Assembly (NCBI GenBank): GCA_044376115.1
Contig: JBILLK010000030.1
Coordinates: 73,361-137,360, forward strand
Direction of reading: 5' to 3'
Length of the DNA: 64,000 bases
Source: Polyangiaceae bacterium
GTDB taxonomy: Bacteria; Myxococcota_A; Polyangia; Polyangiales; Polyangiaceae
The notes beneath the pieces are model-generated. The model ran no database searches. It worked only from the letters and a program-made list of their open reading frames with translations, and was not told the DNA's origin. Both the position numbers and the translations under genes were made by a program. This document shows positions 40,477 through 49,300 of this stretch, in pieces (within the stretch, counting starts at the first letter, position 1; each line of letters begins with the position of its first letter).

Positions 40477-41133
40477 TCACAGCACAATCGCGGCAATGGT
40501 CTGGGTTATGGAAGATTCACCTAGCAGGGTCTGATAGCCCGCTTCGCCGTTGCGGACTTGTACTTGATAGGTGTGTGCCCCAGGGCCAGGGTTGTCGATG
40601 AACGTGAACGACGTTGGTATATTGTCCAAAGCGGAGTTGGCGCCTACCTGAAAGCCCCAGGTCGGGTGCCCAAGGTTCACTCCGTTTCGGGTTACCGTAA
40701 CTGCTGCCCAGCGCTCATACGCTGCTGGTTTGACCCCCCCTTGGGGATTGAGGTTTAGGCTGACCGCAACCAGAACTGGTCCGTCGCTGGTGACGGTCGC
40801 GTCAAGCCCGGGGACGTCGGTATACTCAATGGAGGAGATTAAGAACTCCGCGCTCGTGGTTCCCGTGTCAAACGGCGCAATCGCAGACTCCAGCGCTGCA
40901 ACGCGGCTCTCGAGGTCAGTAAAGTCGGAGGACTGCGCAACGAGTCTTTGCTCGAGATCAGCAAAGTTTGTGTTCAGCTTGGCGGCGGTCAGCGTCTCGC
41001 CCGCTGTGAACGGGGGGACGTCGGCGAAGGCTACACTTGCAACCAGGGCCAAAGCCATCCCGAGGATGGCGCCGCCGAGCCGCCTCTCCCGCTGGCTTAG
41101 TTTGATGTCGATGACCGCGATTCTGAATTCCAT
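40477..41133 (-). CDS. Secreted fibre-like protein 1 (AGETLTAAKLN family)
   Basis: Signal AFA|D, FTAGETLTAAKLNTNFADL, heptads, beta-rich head (PGPGAHTYQVQVR). Confidence 0.8.
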   Translation of the reverse strand: MEFRIAVIDIKLSQRERRLGGAILGMALALVASVAFADVPPFTAGETLTAAKLNTNFADLEQRLVAQSSDFTDLESRVAALESAIAPFDTGTTSAEFLISSIEYTDVPGLDATVTSDGPVLVAVSLNLNPQGGVKPAAYERWAAVTVTRNGVNLGHPTWGFQVGANSALDNIPTSFTFIDNPGPGAHTYQVQVRNGEAGYQTLLGESSITQTIAAIVL

Positions 41134-41146
41134 GTAGGCCTATCTT

Positions 41147-41830
41147 TCAGTTGCTTGTGGTTGGAGAGAACGTCGCGGTGAGCGAGACTCCGTTGCCGGC
41201 AAATGCGCCAGCGCCAGCGCCTGCCTGCCAGGAGCAAACGAGAAAGTACTCATGACTACCTGCGGCGTTTACGTCGTATACGGCTGCTGCTGAGACTGGC
41301 CAGTGAATCCCCTCGGCTCCGCCTGGCAAGCTGGGCACACTTCGATGGATGTCGTAGCGCGATACCGCCGTCGGGCAGCTGCCCTGCGATTCAGAGATGC
41401 AGCACGCCATCTGGTCGGAGGTGCCGGCCACGTGATCCAAGAACCCGACCGAGCCGCCAACCGCGGACACAGCCATCTTTCCGGGGCCGGGGGTACTAAC
41501 GACAATGCTGCCCACCGCAACGGGGTTGTTCTTGATCGCGAGAGAGGCCTGCGCGGTTATCGTCACGTTCTCAACGATCGCGGACCCCTCGAGTGCGGAC
41601 AGCCGCGCATCGTTGTCGGCAGCGGTTAGATCGAGCGCCTCGATCCGCGCATTGAGGTCATCGAAGTTTGCATTGAGCTTTGCCGCGGTGAGCGTCTCAC
41701 CCGCGACAAAAGCCTCCGGTGCGGCGTAGACCAGGCCGGCGCTCCCAGTTGCGAGGAGCACCGGCAGAATGAGCGTCAGCATCTTTTGTCGCGTTGATAG
41801 AGTTAACTCAAGGTCGATATGAATTCGCAT
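41147..41830 (-). CDS. Secreted fibre-like protein 2
   Basis: Signal VYA|A, FVAGETLTAAKLNANFDDL, heptads, beta-rich head (AAGSHEYFL); GGAG RBS. Confidence 0.8.
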   Translation of the reverse strand: MRIHIDLELTLSTRQKMLTLILPVLLATGSAGLVYAAPEAFVAGETLTAAKLNANFDDLNARIEALDLTAADNDARLSALEGSAIVENVTITAQASLAIKNNPVAVGSIVVSTPGPGKMAVSAVGGSVGFLDHVAGTSDQMACCISESQGSCPTAVSRYDIHRSVPSLPGGAEGIHWPVSAAAVYDVNAAGSHEYFLVCSWQAGAGAGAFAGNGVSLTATFSPTTSN

Positions 41831-41914
41831 GTCTTCTCCGTTCTTTCGATTGAGAGATGTTGCTCGGTTGGTGGTGGCTATAAAGCAATGTAAATATAAA
41901 AGTGTATGTCACCA

Positions 41915-42184
41915 CTACTGGAGTTTGCAGTTGTCAATTTGTGAAGTGCCGAGCACACAGAACCCTGTTGGGCCAGCGCCAGAGCCGCCAGCGCCGCCAG
42001 CCCCGGAGGCTCCAGCTCCCGAGGCGCCGGCTCCGGTGGCCCCACTACCGCCGCCGCCGTTTGTTGTTGCAGAGGCTCCAGATCCACCCGCGCCGCCATC
42101 GGAGGCGCTCGTGACTGGATCTGGACAAGCTGCGAGCGAAAGAGCTGCGCCGACTAGAAAGATGTTCTTTGATGGTCGATACAT
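41915..42184 (-). CDS. Small Gly-tether lipoprotein ending CVLGTSQIDNCKLQ
   Basis: LSLAA-C lipobox, about 45-aa Gly/Ala/Ser linker, Cys-pair tip; AAAGGA RBS. Confidence 0.8.
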   Translation of the reverse strand: MYRPSKNIFLVGAALSLAACPDPVTSASDGGAGGSGASATTNGGGGSGATGAGASGAGASGAGGAGGSGAGPTGFCVLGTSQIDNCKLQ

Positions 42185-42393
42185 GACGGTCCTTTCTGAG
42201 AAAAAGGCTATCTAAGCAGTTGTGAAGCTACCGCTGTGTCGTGAGACGGTTTGGTTGTCTTGAGCCAATTCAATGGCGCTAATGGTGAATAGTTAGTGGT
42301 AAATGGTATTAATGGGGTGTGCGCGACCAGCTAACGTACTGGCCACCTGCTAGAGGCCAATGCCAGGACCAATCGGTTGAGAACGCGCCGTTG

Positions 42394-43443
42394 TCAGAAG
42401 GCCCCGCGCAGCCACAACGAGGCAGGACCAACGTCGAGCACGAGGCTCACTTCAGGCTGGTCCACTATCGCAGGAGTTTCCCCTTCGGGCGCTGCGACGA
42501 TCATGATCAGACCAGCGACGGTGGCAGCGCCGCCGAGCCCCGTAAGCACCCAGCCAGCGATGGCGGCGTTCTGGGCAGCCAAGTTGGCGTCACTCAGGAT
42601 GGTCCGATCTTTGTCGGTATTGTCAGGATCAAAGTACTCTTCTTCATACTGCTGAGCTTTGGCGGTGCGCTCGACGCCCACAGCGATCCCAACGCCAGCG
42701 AGCGCAAGCCCAACTGAGCCGATAACGATTCCGCCGATACGCACGGGATGCATGCCCGAGGAGGTGTCACCGGAGGGCTCCAAACCAACCACCGGATCCA
42801 CCGGTGGCTCGCTTGACGGGCCTGGTCCGCCAGGTGCGGGCGCAGCCTCGAACGCGAGCGTGAGCTGCGCCTTGCCGCCTTCCTCTGGCACCTTGACCGA
42901 CTGCGTGAACGGCCTCTTTCCCGTCGCGTCAGCGACAATGGTGTATTGCCCACCGTCCACCGGAACCGCCACGTTGAAAAGCGAGGCCGTAACGACGAGT
43001 CCGCCCCGCATGACCGCAAGGTCAGGCAGGCTGGCGACATCGGGTGGAACCACGATCGTCAGCGTCGAGAGCCTGGGCGCCAGCGCCGCGGCCTTCTCTG
43101 CCGCGTCCTTTGCGCGATCGGGTTGGTTGGCGAGTGACGCCATCGAGGCGATTTGTCCGTACGTGGTGTGAGCGCTCGCGAGCTTGCCCTGCCCAACATA
43201 ACAATCTGCCAAGGTCATCCGCGCACCAATGCCATTGGGTTGCAGCTTGACGACTTCCTCGAACTTTGGGCACGCCGCGTTGAAGTCACGCTTGGTGATC
43301 AGCTCGCTTCCTTGCGCGTAGATCAATTCTGCGGCTGCACGCTTCTCCGCTTCGGTAGCCTCTCCTCCCGCGTAGGCTGCTCGTGGGCCGAGTGCGAGCG
43401 CGACGCTGCAGAGGAGCATTTTGTTCATCTGTTCCGATCGCAT
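42394..43443 (-). CDS. TPR + PEGA-like protein with hydrophobic hairpin and C-terminal Phe
   Basis: AACPKFEE...LADCY...GKLASA, VPVDGG, ends LWLRGAF; TGATG-coupled to the kinase. Confidence 0.85.
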   Translation of the reverse strand: MRSEQMNKMLLCSVALALGPRAAYAGGEATEAEKRAAAELIYAQGSELITKRDFNAACPKFEEVVKLQPNGIGARMTLADCYVGQGKLASAHTTYGQIASMASLANQPDRAKDAAEKAAALAPRLSTLTIVVPPDVASLPDLAVMRGGLVVTASLFNVAVPVDGGQYTIVADATGKRPFTQSVKVPEEGGKAQLTLAFEAAPAPGGPGPSSEPPVDPVVGLEPSGDTSSGMHPVRIGGIVIGSVGLALAGVGIAVGVERTAKAQQYEEEYFDPDNTDKDRTILSDANLAAQNAAIAGWVLTGLGGAATVAGLIMIVAAPEGETPAIVDQPEVSLVLDVGPASLWLRGAF

Positions 43444-45059
43444 CAGTCGATCCCTGGGGGCTTGTATCCCGTTGTTGTTGGCCGCGCGGTGGTGACCGAG
43501 TTCTCGAGCGGTCTCTCAGTCGCGGCGGGCTTGCTGGTCTTGGCTGCAGGCGCAGAAGTAGACGGAGCCGTAGTTGGCGTCGGAGTGGGCTTTGTCGTGA
43601 TCGCGGGTTCAACAGTTACGGTTGGTGCGCCGCTCGCGCTTGGCGCGACTGCCACGCTCGGTGAACCGGAAAGGGAGCCGGTGGTCTGCGTAGGTTCTGT
43701 GGTCCCGGCCGTGGGGCTCACTGAAACCTGATTGGCCGTGGTCGTTTGATCTGAGCCCGAGCCGGGCGAACGGGTAGAGAGCCAGAGCCCGCCAGGAATG
43801 ATCAACCCCGCACAAGCCAATACGGCGTACAGCAAGCCGGATGACTTGTTGCGAGGCGGGGGCGGGACCGGATCGCTCGCTACGCCGACGGTCGTTGTCG
43901 ATGCCGTGGAGACACTCGGCACGCCGAGCGAGATGCGCGTACCACTCTTCGCTGGCGCTTGCGGCTTGCCTGTATCAACGGGCAGCTGACCTTCCGGTAG
44001 AATCGTCGTTGGCATCGCGAGCCGCGGATTGGAGCCCCCGACGTCAGGGCTCGATTGGTTTTTAAGCGGTGGCTGCGATGGGTACGGTGACGGCACCGGA
44101 GTGTTCCCCGGCATGAGCGGGGTGGGCGGCTGAAAGGTTGGCGGTGGGATCGGTGCCGTAACGGGCGCATCGTCGAACTTCGCGCTCGCAAGGAAGGCTC
44201 GGAGCGCCGCGGACAGTTCGTCCACGGTCGAATACCTCTTGTCCCGATCCTTCTCCAGGCAGCGCATGATGATCTCCTCGAGTTCATCGGGGAGATCGGC
44301 CCGCAGACTCTTCGGGCGGACTGCCGGCTGACTCATGACGTGCGCGCAGATCTGCGTGGTGTTCTCACCACTGAAGGGGGGAGCGGCCGTCAGCAGCTCG
44401 AAGAGCACTACGCCGAGTGCCCAAACATCCGTCCGTACATCGACATCACGGGTCGAAAGCATTTGCTCAGGCGACATGTACTCGACCGAGCCCATGACCA
44501 GCGTCGTTCGCGTGACGCTTGGCTCCGACCCTCCAGGGCCCGAGAGCTTCGAGATTCCGAAGTCGAGCACCTTCACTCGCTCCTCGCCGCGCGCATCCGC
44601 GGTTACGAACAAGTTTGCGGGCTTGACGTCACGGTGAATCACGCCCGCGGCGTGCGCAAGCGCGACCCCACTGCAGGCTTGAAGCACATACCCGATCGCC
44701 TGCTTCGTAGGCAGTGGCGTCTGGCTGCGGCGTACGTACGAGAGGTCTTGCCCGTCGAGGTACTCCATGACGAGGAACGGTGTGCCGTCTTCGAGCCGGT
44801 CGACGTCGAAGACACGCGCGACATGGTCTCCCTCGATGCGCGACGCAGCACGGCCCTCACGAACGAAGCGCTCCACGAGCTCCGTGTTGCTATGCAGCTC
44901 GGCGTGCAGGATCTTGATCGCCACGCGCCGCTCGAGGTCGAGGTGCATCGCCTCGACGACAACACCCATCCCGCCATGGCCCAGCACCTTTGCTACACGG
45001 TATTTGCCACGCAGTAGCATTCCAGGTGCAAAGGAGATAGCTGTGCTCGCCGAGCTCAT
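43443..45059 (-). CDS. Ser/Thr protein kinase with TM
   Basis: GHGGMG, HRDVKPAN, DFG, GSVEYMSPE. Confidence 0.95.
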   Translation of the reverse strand: MSSASTAISFAPGMLLRGKYRVAKVLGHGGMGVVVEAMHLDLERRVAIKILHAELHSNTELVERFVREGRAASRIEGDHVARVFDVDRLEDGTPFLVMEYLDGQDLSYVRRSQTPLPTKQAIGYVLQACSGVALAHAAGVIHRDVKPANLFVTADARGEERVKVLDFGISKLSGPGGSEPSVTRTTLVMGSVEYMSPEQMLSTRDVDVRTDVWALGVVLFELLTAAPPFSGENTTQICAHVMSQPAVRPKSLRADLPDELEEIIMRCLEKDRDKRYSTVDELSAALRAFLASAKFDDAPVTAPIPPPTFQPPTPLMPGNTPVPSPYPSQPPLKNQSSPDVGGSNPRLAMPTTILPEGQLPVDTGKPQAPAKSGTRISLGVPSVSTASTTTVGVASDPVPPPPRNKSSGLLYAVLACAGLIIPGGLWLSTRSPGSGSDQTTTANQVSVSPTAGTTEPTQTTGSLSGSPSVAVAPSASGAPTVTVEPAITTKPTPTPTTAPSTSAPAAKTSKPAATERPLENSVTTARPTTTGYKPPGID

Positions 45060-45463
45060 AGATAGCGAAAATTCTCCACCGAACGGATGGGGCGACTATG
45101 CCCATTCATTCCGCATGGCCCGGTTGCATTGTGCGGCCAAGAGGTAGCAAAAGCTTCGAGTATGAATTGCATACTTGCGGCGGTTTGATGCGATTCCATA
45201 GTACAATTGCTTATTAGGGTGGGTGTTTGAAGGGCAATTCGTCTCCATCCAGTCGACCAGAGATTCCTGGTTTAGAATGTCCACGCTGATAGGGGCAGGT
45301 AAACGCAAGCGCGCCGAATTGGCTATGAGTAGTTATTCAGTAGTCTCTTTGAATAAATGACTACGGGTTCGCCGCTACGAGCGCTTGGGTTCTGAAGAAA
45401 TGACTATGGTGTTCCCTGGCGAGCCCGCTAACGTGCTGTGTTGCTTCGGTTTTGGAGGTGTGC

Positions 45464-46426
45464 TTGAAGATTGGGCGGACCACGTTGGAGGCGTGCCATG
45501 CTGGGCCCTCCAAGTTGAACGATTGGCTCAGACTGGTTAGGCCCCTGATCTCGAGGGACCTTGGGCACACGGTTGCGTTCGGCGTGGCGAGCCTCCAGTC
45601 ACAAGACTTGCTAGATCTGGTTGATCCTGAAGGTATAACGGGTCGGACATTCGGGGACGGTCGAGCCACACGAGAGCAGCGTGGTGCATTCAATAGTTAC
45701 TTTGAAAGGGTAGGGGCCTTGACGCGCATGAGCGCGCCATCCGCCTTCCGACTCTTCTATCAACCCTTTCGGGTTACTACCGCCGACACACTTGTTGGGG
45801 CGAGGGTAAATGTGGCTCAGCTCGCGGGCGCGTTCCTAGCGCCTGGATTTGTCGACATCGGTTGCATTCGTGCCGACGGGCATGGATATTCGCTTACCGC
45901 CGTCGCTCCGCTGCGTGCGGCTCAGTCACTGCCGTTCAAAGATCGGGGGCTTCTCCGGCTACAGCGTCATCTCGCTGGGGCGTTTGCAAAACGAGTACGA
46001 CCGGCGTGGGAGCGGTCGGCGGTGGTGCTCGACGCGTCGGGCGCAGTCGTGCATTGCGATGTAAAGAGAGCTCCACCGCAGCTGCATGAGCTGCGTTCGT
46101 TGGTCGCGCGGGAACTTGATCAGCGGCCGGAGCCGGATGAGCGGGCAGAGCTCGTGTGGGATGAACTGTGGCGGGGCGGCTGGACGGTAGCGCGGGTGGA
46201 CGATGCGGACGGCCGCCGCTACCTCACGTTGCGCCGTGCGCGAGCCAATCAGCCAACGTTAACGACATCCGAGCGTGCTGTATTGGCGCTGGCTCGGGAA
46301 GGGCGCTCGATCAAGTGGATCGCGGCGGAGTTCGGTATCTCTAACGCTGGCGTAAGCATGCAACTGCAGTCCGGGCTACGCAAGCTCGGCCTCAAGCATC
46401 GCTTGGAGCTGGAGCGACTGCGATGA
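45464..46426 (+). CDS. LuxR-type regulator, paralog B
   Basis: GGAGG + TTG start (MKIGRTTLEA); WDELWRGGW, DGRRY, C-terminal HTH. Confidence 0.85.
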   Translation: MKIGRTTLEACHAGPSKLNDWLRLVRPLISRDLGHTVAFGVASLQSQDLLDLVDPEGITGRTFGDGRATREQRGAFNSYFERVGALTRMSAPSAFRLFYQPFRVTTADTLVGARVNVAQLAGAFLAPGFVDIGCIRADGHGYSLTAVAPLRAAQSLPFKDRGLLRLQRHLAGAFAKRVRPAWERSAVVLDASGAVVHCDVKRAPPQLHELRSLVARELDQRPEPDERAELVWDELWRGGWTVARVDDADGRRYLTLRRARANQPTLTTSERAVLALAREGRSIKWIAAEFGISNAGVSMQLQSGLRKLGLKHRLELERLR

Positions 46427-46451
46427 AGTTTGAGTTAGCGGAGGAGCGACG

Positions 46452-47415
46452 ATGAAGATAGGGCGGACCACGTTGGAGGCGGTACACGGGGGGCCAGCCG
46501 AACTCGAAGCCTGGTTGGCAACGCTGACGCCGCAGCTGACGCAAGAGCTTGGTCATCCGGTAGTAACCGCCGTTGTCGACGCCACGGCTTTGGAGGTTCA
46601 CAAACTAGAGGACCCTCAAGGGCTTATGCAATTCAAGCGGATCGCAGCGCCGCTTAAGGTTCAGACGGCTCGTTGGGGGGTCCGGCGCGACTTCCTGGAG
46701 CAAGTCGCACGGCCTTACACTATGAGCGGCCCATCGATGTTTAGGCTCTTTTATTCACCATTCCGAATAAGTACGGCTGAGTCGCTTGTGGGTAAAAAGA
46801 TAGATGTAGCCAAGCTGGTGCCGCAGTTTGCGCCTGGCTTTGTTGATCTCGGGTGTATGCGTGCAGATGCGGGAAAAGTATCGCTAACCTGCGTTGTTCC
46901 GCTCCAGACCGGCCAGTCGCTACCAATCAAAGACCGAGGGCTTCTCCGGCTGCAGCGGCATCTTGCAGGGGCGTTTGCAAAGCGGGTTCGGCCGGCATGG
47001 GAGCAATCGGCGGCGGTATTCGATGCGTCGGGCGGAGTCGTGCATAGCGATGTAAAGCGTGCGCTACCCCAGTTGCGTGAGCTGCGTTCGTTGGTCGCGC
47101 GGGAACTGGATCAGCGGCGGGAGCCGGACGAGCAGGCCGAGCTCGTGTGGGATGAACTGTGGAAGAGCGGCTGGACGGTCGCGCGTGGACGACGCGGACG
47201 GGCGCCGCTACCTGACGCTGCGCCGTTCGCGAGCTAATCAGCCAACGTTAACGACCTCCGAGCGTGCTGTATTGGCGCTGGCTCGGGAAGGGCGATCGAT
47301 CAAGTGGATCGCCGCGGAGCTCGGTATCTCCAGCGCAGGCGCTAGCACGCAATTGCAGTCTGGTTTGCATAAGCTCGGCCTCGAGCATCGGCTCGAACTC
47401 CTGCGCCTGCGCTGA
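46452..47415 (+). CDS. LuxR-type regulator, paralog C, 2-nt frameshift at about 47183
   Basis: GGAGGAG + ATG; gcgcgtggac vs gcgcgcgtggac in paralog D; the HTH continues in ORF 47059-47415. Confidence 0.85.
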
Positions 47416-47513
47416 CGGTTGCCCGTAAGCTTCACGGTCAATTGAGCGCCGTGACGATCGAACGCCTTGCGCGTGCGGTTGCGCTGGCGTGGGCACGAAG
47501 GGCTTGGGTACCC

Positions 47514-48218
47514 TCAACGTAACTTTAGCGCCGAAATGCGGTTGAGCGGCGCCAGCACGACACCGGAGTTGGGCGGCCCTATGGTCAAGGTCGAACTGCC
47601 ATTTCGGAAGCCTTTGGCGCGCATGACCGTGGGCACCGCAACCGTTACCACCGCGCTGGCCGAGGTCGGCGCCGCCAAACAGGTTTGCCCTGCGCCACAG
47701 AAGTTGCCGCCGTTGAGGGCAACGGAGGTTCCGACAGGGCCCTTAGAGTTAGCAACCTCGGCGGCGGCCGTCTGGTTCCACAAGCCGAGCTGAACTTGAT
47801 CCGAATTGCCACTGGTGTACATCGTCGCGCCGCTCTCTACCAGCCATGTTCCTGGCTGCAGAGTGAGCTCCATCGCGTCGTAAACGAGGTCGGTAGCGAA
47901 AGCGCCCGTCTGCGCGACGTTGCTTGTTGACACAAGGAAGGTCGGCGCAGCCTCCAGCGTAGCGATCGCCATCTCCGCGTCGGTCAAGCGGGTATCGAGC
48001 TCGGCTGCGTCTGTGGACTGCGCCGTCAACCGCTCATCCAAGTCCGCGAAGTTCGCGTTCAGCTTCGCCGCTGTGAGCGTCTCACCGGCTGCGAACGGGA
48101 CCACTTCAGCGAGCGCAACACTGGTCACGAGGGCGCTAGCCAATGCCAATGCTACAGCCCCAACACGCTTCTCGCGCCGGGTAAGTTCAAGGTCGAGCAC
48201 TACTATCTTGAGTTTCAT
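47514..48218 (-). CDS. Secreted fibre-like protein 3
   Basis: GGAG RBS, signal ALA|E, FAAGETLTAAKLNANFADL, longer coiled coil, head LTLQPGTWLV. Confidence 0.85.
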   Translation of the reverse strand: MKLKIVVLDLELTRREKRVGAVALALASALVTSVALAEVVPFAAGETLTAAKLNANFADLDERLTAQSTDAAELDTRLTDAEMAIATLEAAPTFLVSTSNVAQTGAFATDLVYDAMELTLQPGTWLVESGATMYTSGNSDQVQLGLWNQTAAAEVANSKGPVGTSVALNGGNFCGAGQTCLAAPTSASAVVTVAVPTVMRAKGFRNGSSTLTIGPPNSGVVLAPLNRISALKLR

Positions 48219-48226
48219 GAAATCTC

Positions 48227-48341
48227 CTATAGAAGAACGCAGTTGTCGAACTGAAACGGGTTGAGGACGCAAGGCACCCGGCTGAGCCCCGCCGGCATTG
48301 GCGCCTGCGCCGGAGGCGCTGCTTCCGCTGCGGCCGCCGCT
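48227..48341 (-). pseudogene. Decayed copy of the Gly-tether lipoprotein
   Basis: SGGRSGSSASGAGANAGG then, after a frameshift, CVLNPFQFDNCVLL* (48271-48227); no signal peptide left. Confidence 0.7.
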
Positions 48342-48402
48342 TCGTCTCGTCCGGCCTAAAAACCTCGTCTGCGGACGAAAGCGAGGCGCCAGGCCAGGCG
48401 AG

Positions 48403-48909
48403 TTACCCGCCGGGGATCATCTTGCAATTGCTCGTGGGCGACCCTGTCGGTTTCGACACGCCTCCCTCTTCATTGACACTGCTATCGGAATAGTTGACTA
48501 CCGCTGCGGCGCCGAGGTCTTTGGGGATAACGTACTCCGACCCTCCCTTCACTGAAACCAACGCGCTCCCCGTAATCCAGGTGAAAAAGTGGTGCTCGCC
48601 GTTCGACCCCAACCAATGGTTGGTCGTGAGGGCGAGATCGCCATTGCGAAAGCGAGCGAGCAGAGCAGGTCTGCCCTGGTGGTCAACTAGCTTGTAGCTC
48701 GCACCGTCGCTACTACCATTCATTGCGGGGCAGTCAGGGATCGTCCAGGTTGCCTTCGCCGCAGGCGAATAGTCCGAGGGTACCTCGGTCTGTCCATGCC
48801 AGGTAAATGCAGGTCCGCAGGCCGGACCTCCGAGCAGTATCGTCGCGACCAAGGCGGTCCGACCCAGGACGGATGGGAAGAAAGGGGTATGGTGTTCACA
48901 GCTCTTCAT
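48403..48909 (-). CDS. Hypothetical lipoprotein
   Basis: GGAG RBS; LLGGPA-C. Confidence 0.65.
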   Translation of the reverse strand: MKSCEHHTPFFPSVLGRTALVATILLGGPACGPAFTWHGQTEVPSDYSPAAKATWTIPDCPAMNGSSDGASYKLVDHQGRPALLARFRNGDLALTTNHWLGSNGEHHFFTWITGSALVSVKGGSEYVIPKDLGAAAVVNYSDSSVNEEGGVSKPTGSPTSNCKMIPGG

Positions 48910-49300
48910 GCCAATTCTCCATTGTCTACCGACTAGTGTGAGCGACTAGTCATCGCACAGGGCCGATGGCCCCCCCCCGCAGAAGATCAATGCGACCTGC
49001 GACTCGGCAGCGTCTTTGCGGGTTGAGTCACCATTGCAAGGAATCATGGTTAGAGAATTGCGTCTGTAGTCAATTGTTAAGTGTCAATGTCTCTAGGTTT
49101 TATTGTTGATGTGTGGAGGTGGTCAATCAAATGCAAGCGCTAGGCTTGGGCTATGAGCCATTTAGGGCTTTTTTAAAATAAATGACTATGCGCGAGGCTT
49201 AGTTAGCGGTTGATCCGTCGCCGTGGTCTTGAAACAATGACTATAGTTTCCGCCTGTGGGCGCGATAACGTTCTGTCTTGCTTCAGTTTGGGAGGTGAGC

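Noticed and set aside
41915..42184. Small Gly-rich ORF as a RiPP/microcin precursor
   Set aside because: It has a lipobox, and there are no modifying enzymes or peptidase-transporter nearby
45096..45308. 70-aa ORF in the AT-rich gap
   Set aside because: No RBS or recognisable motif; more likely a promoter region
48970..48978. Intergenic C9 tract as a phase-variable promoter
   Set aside because: No flanking -35/-10 identified, and homopolymer lengths are unreliable in this assembly
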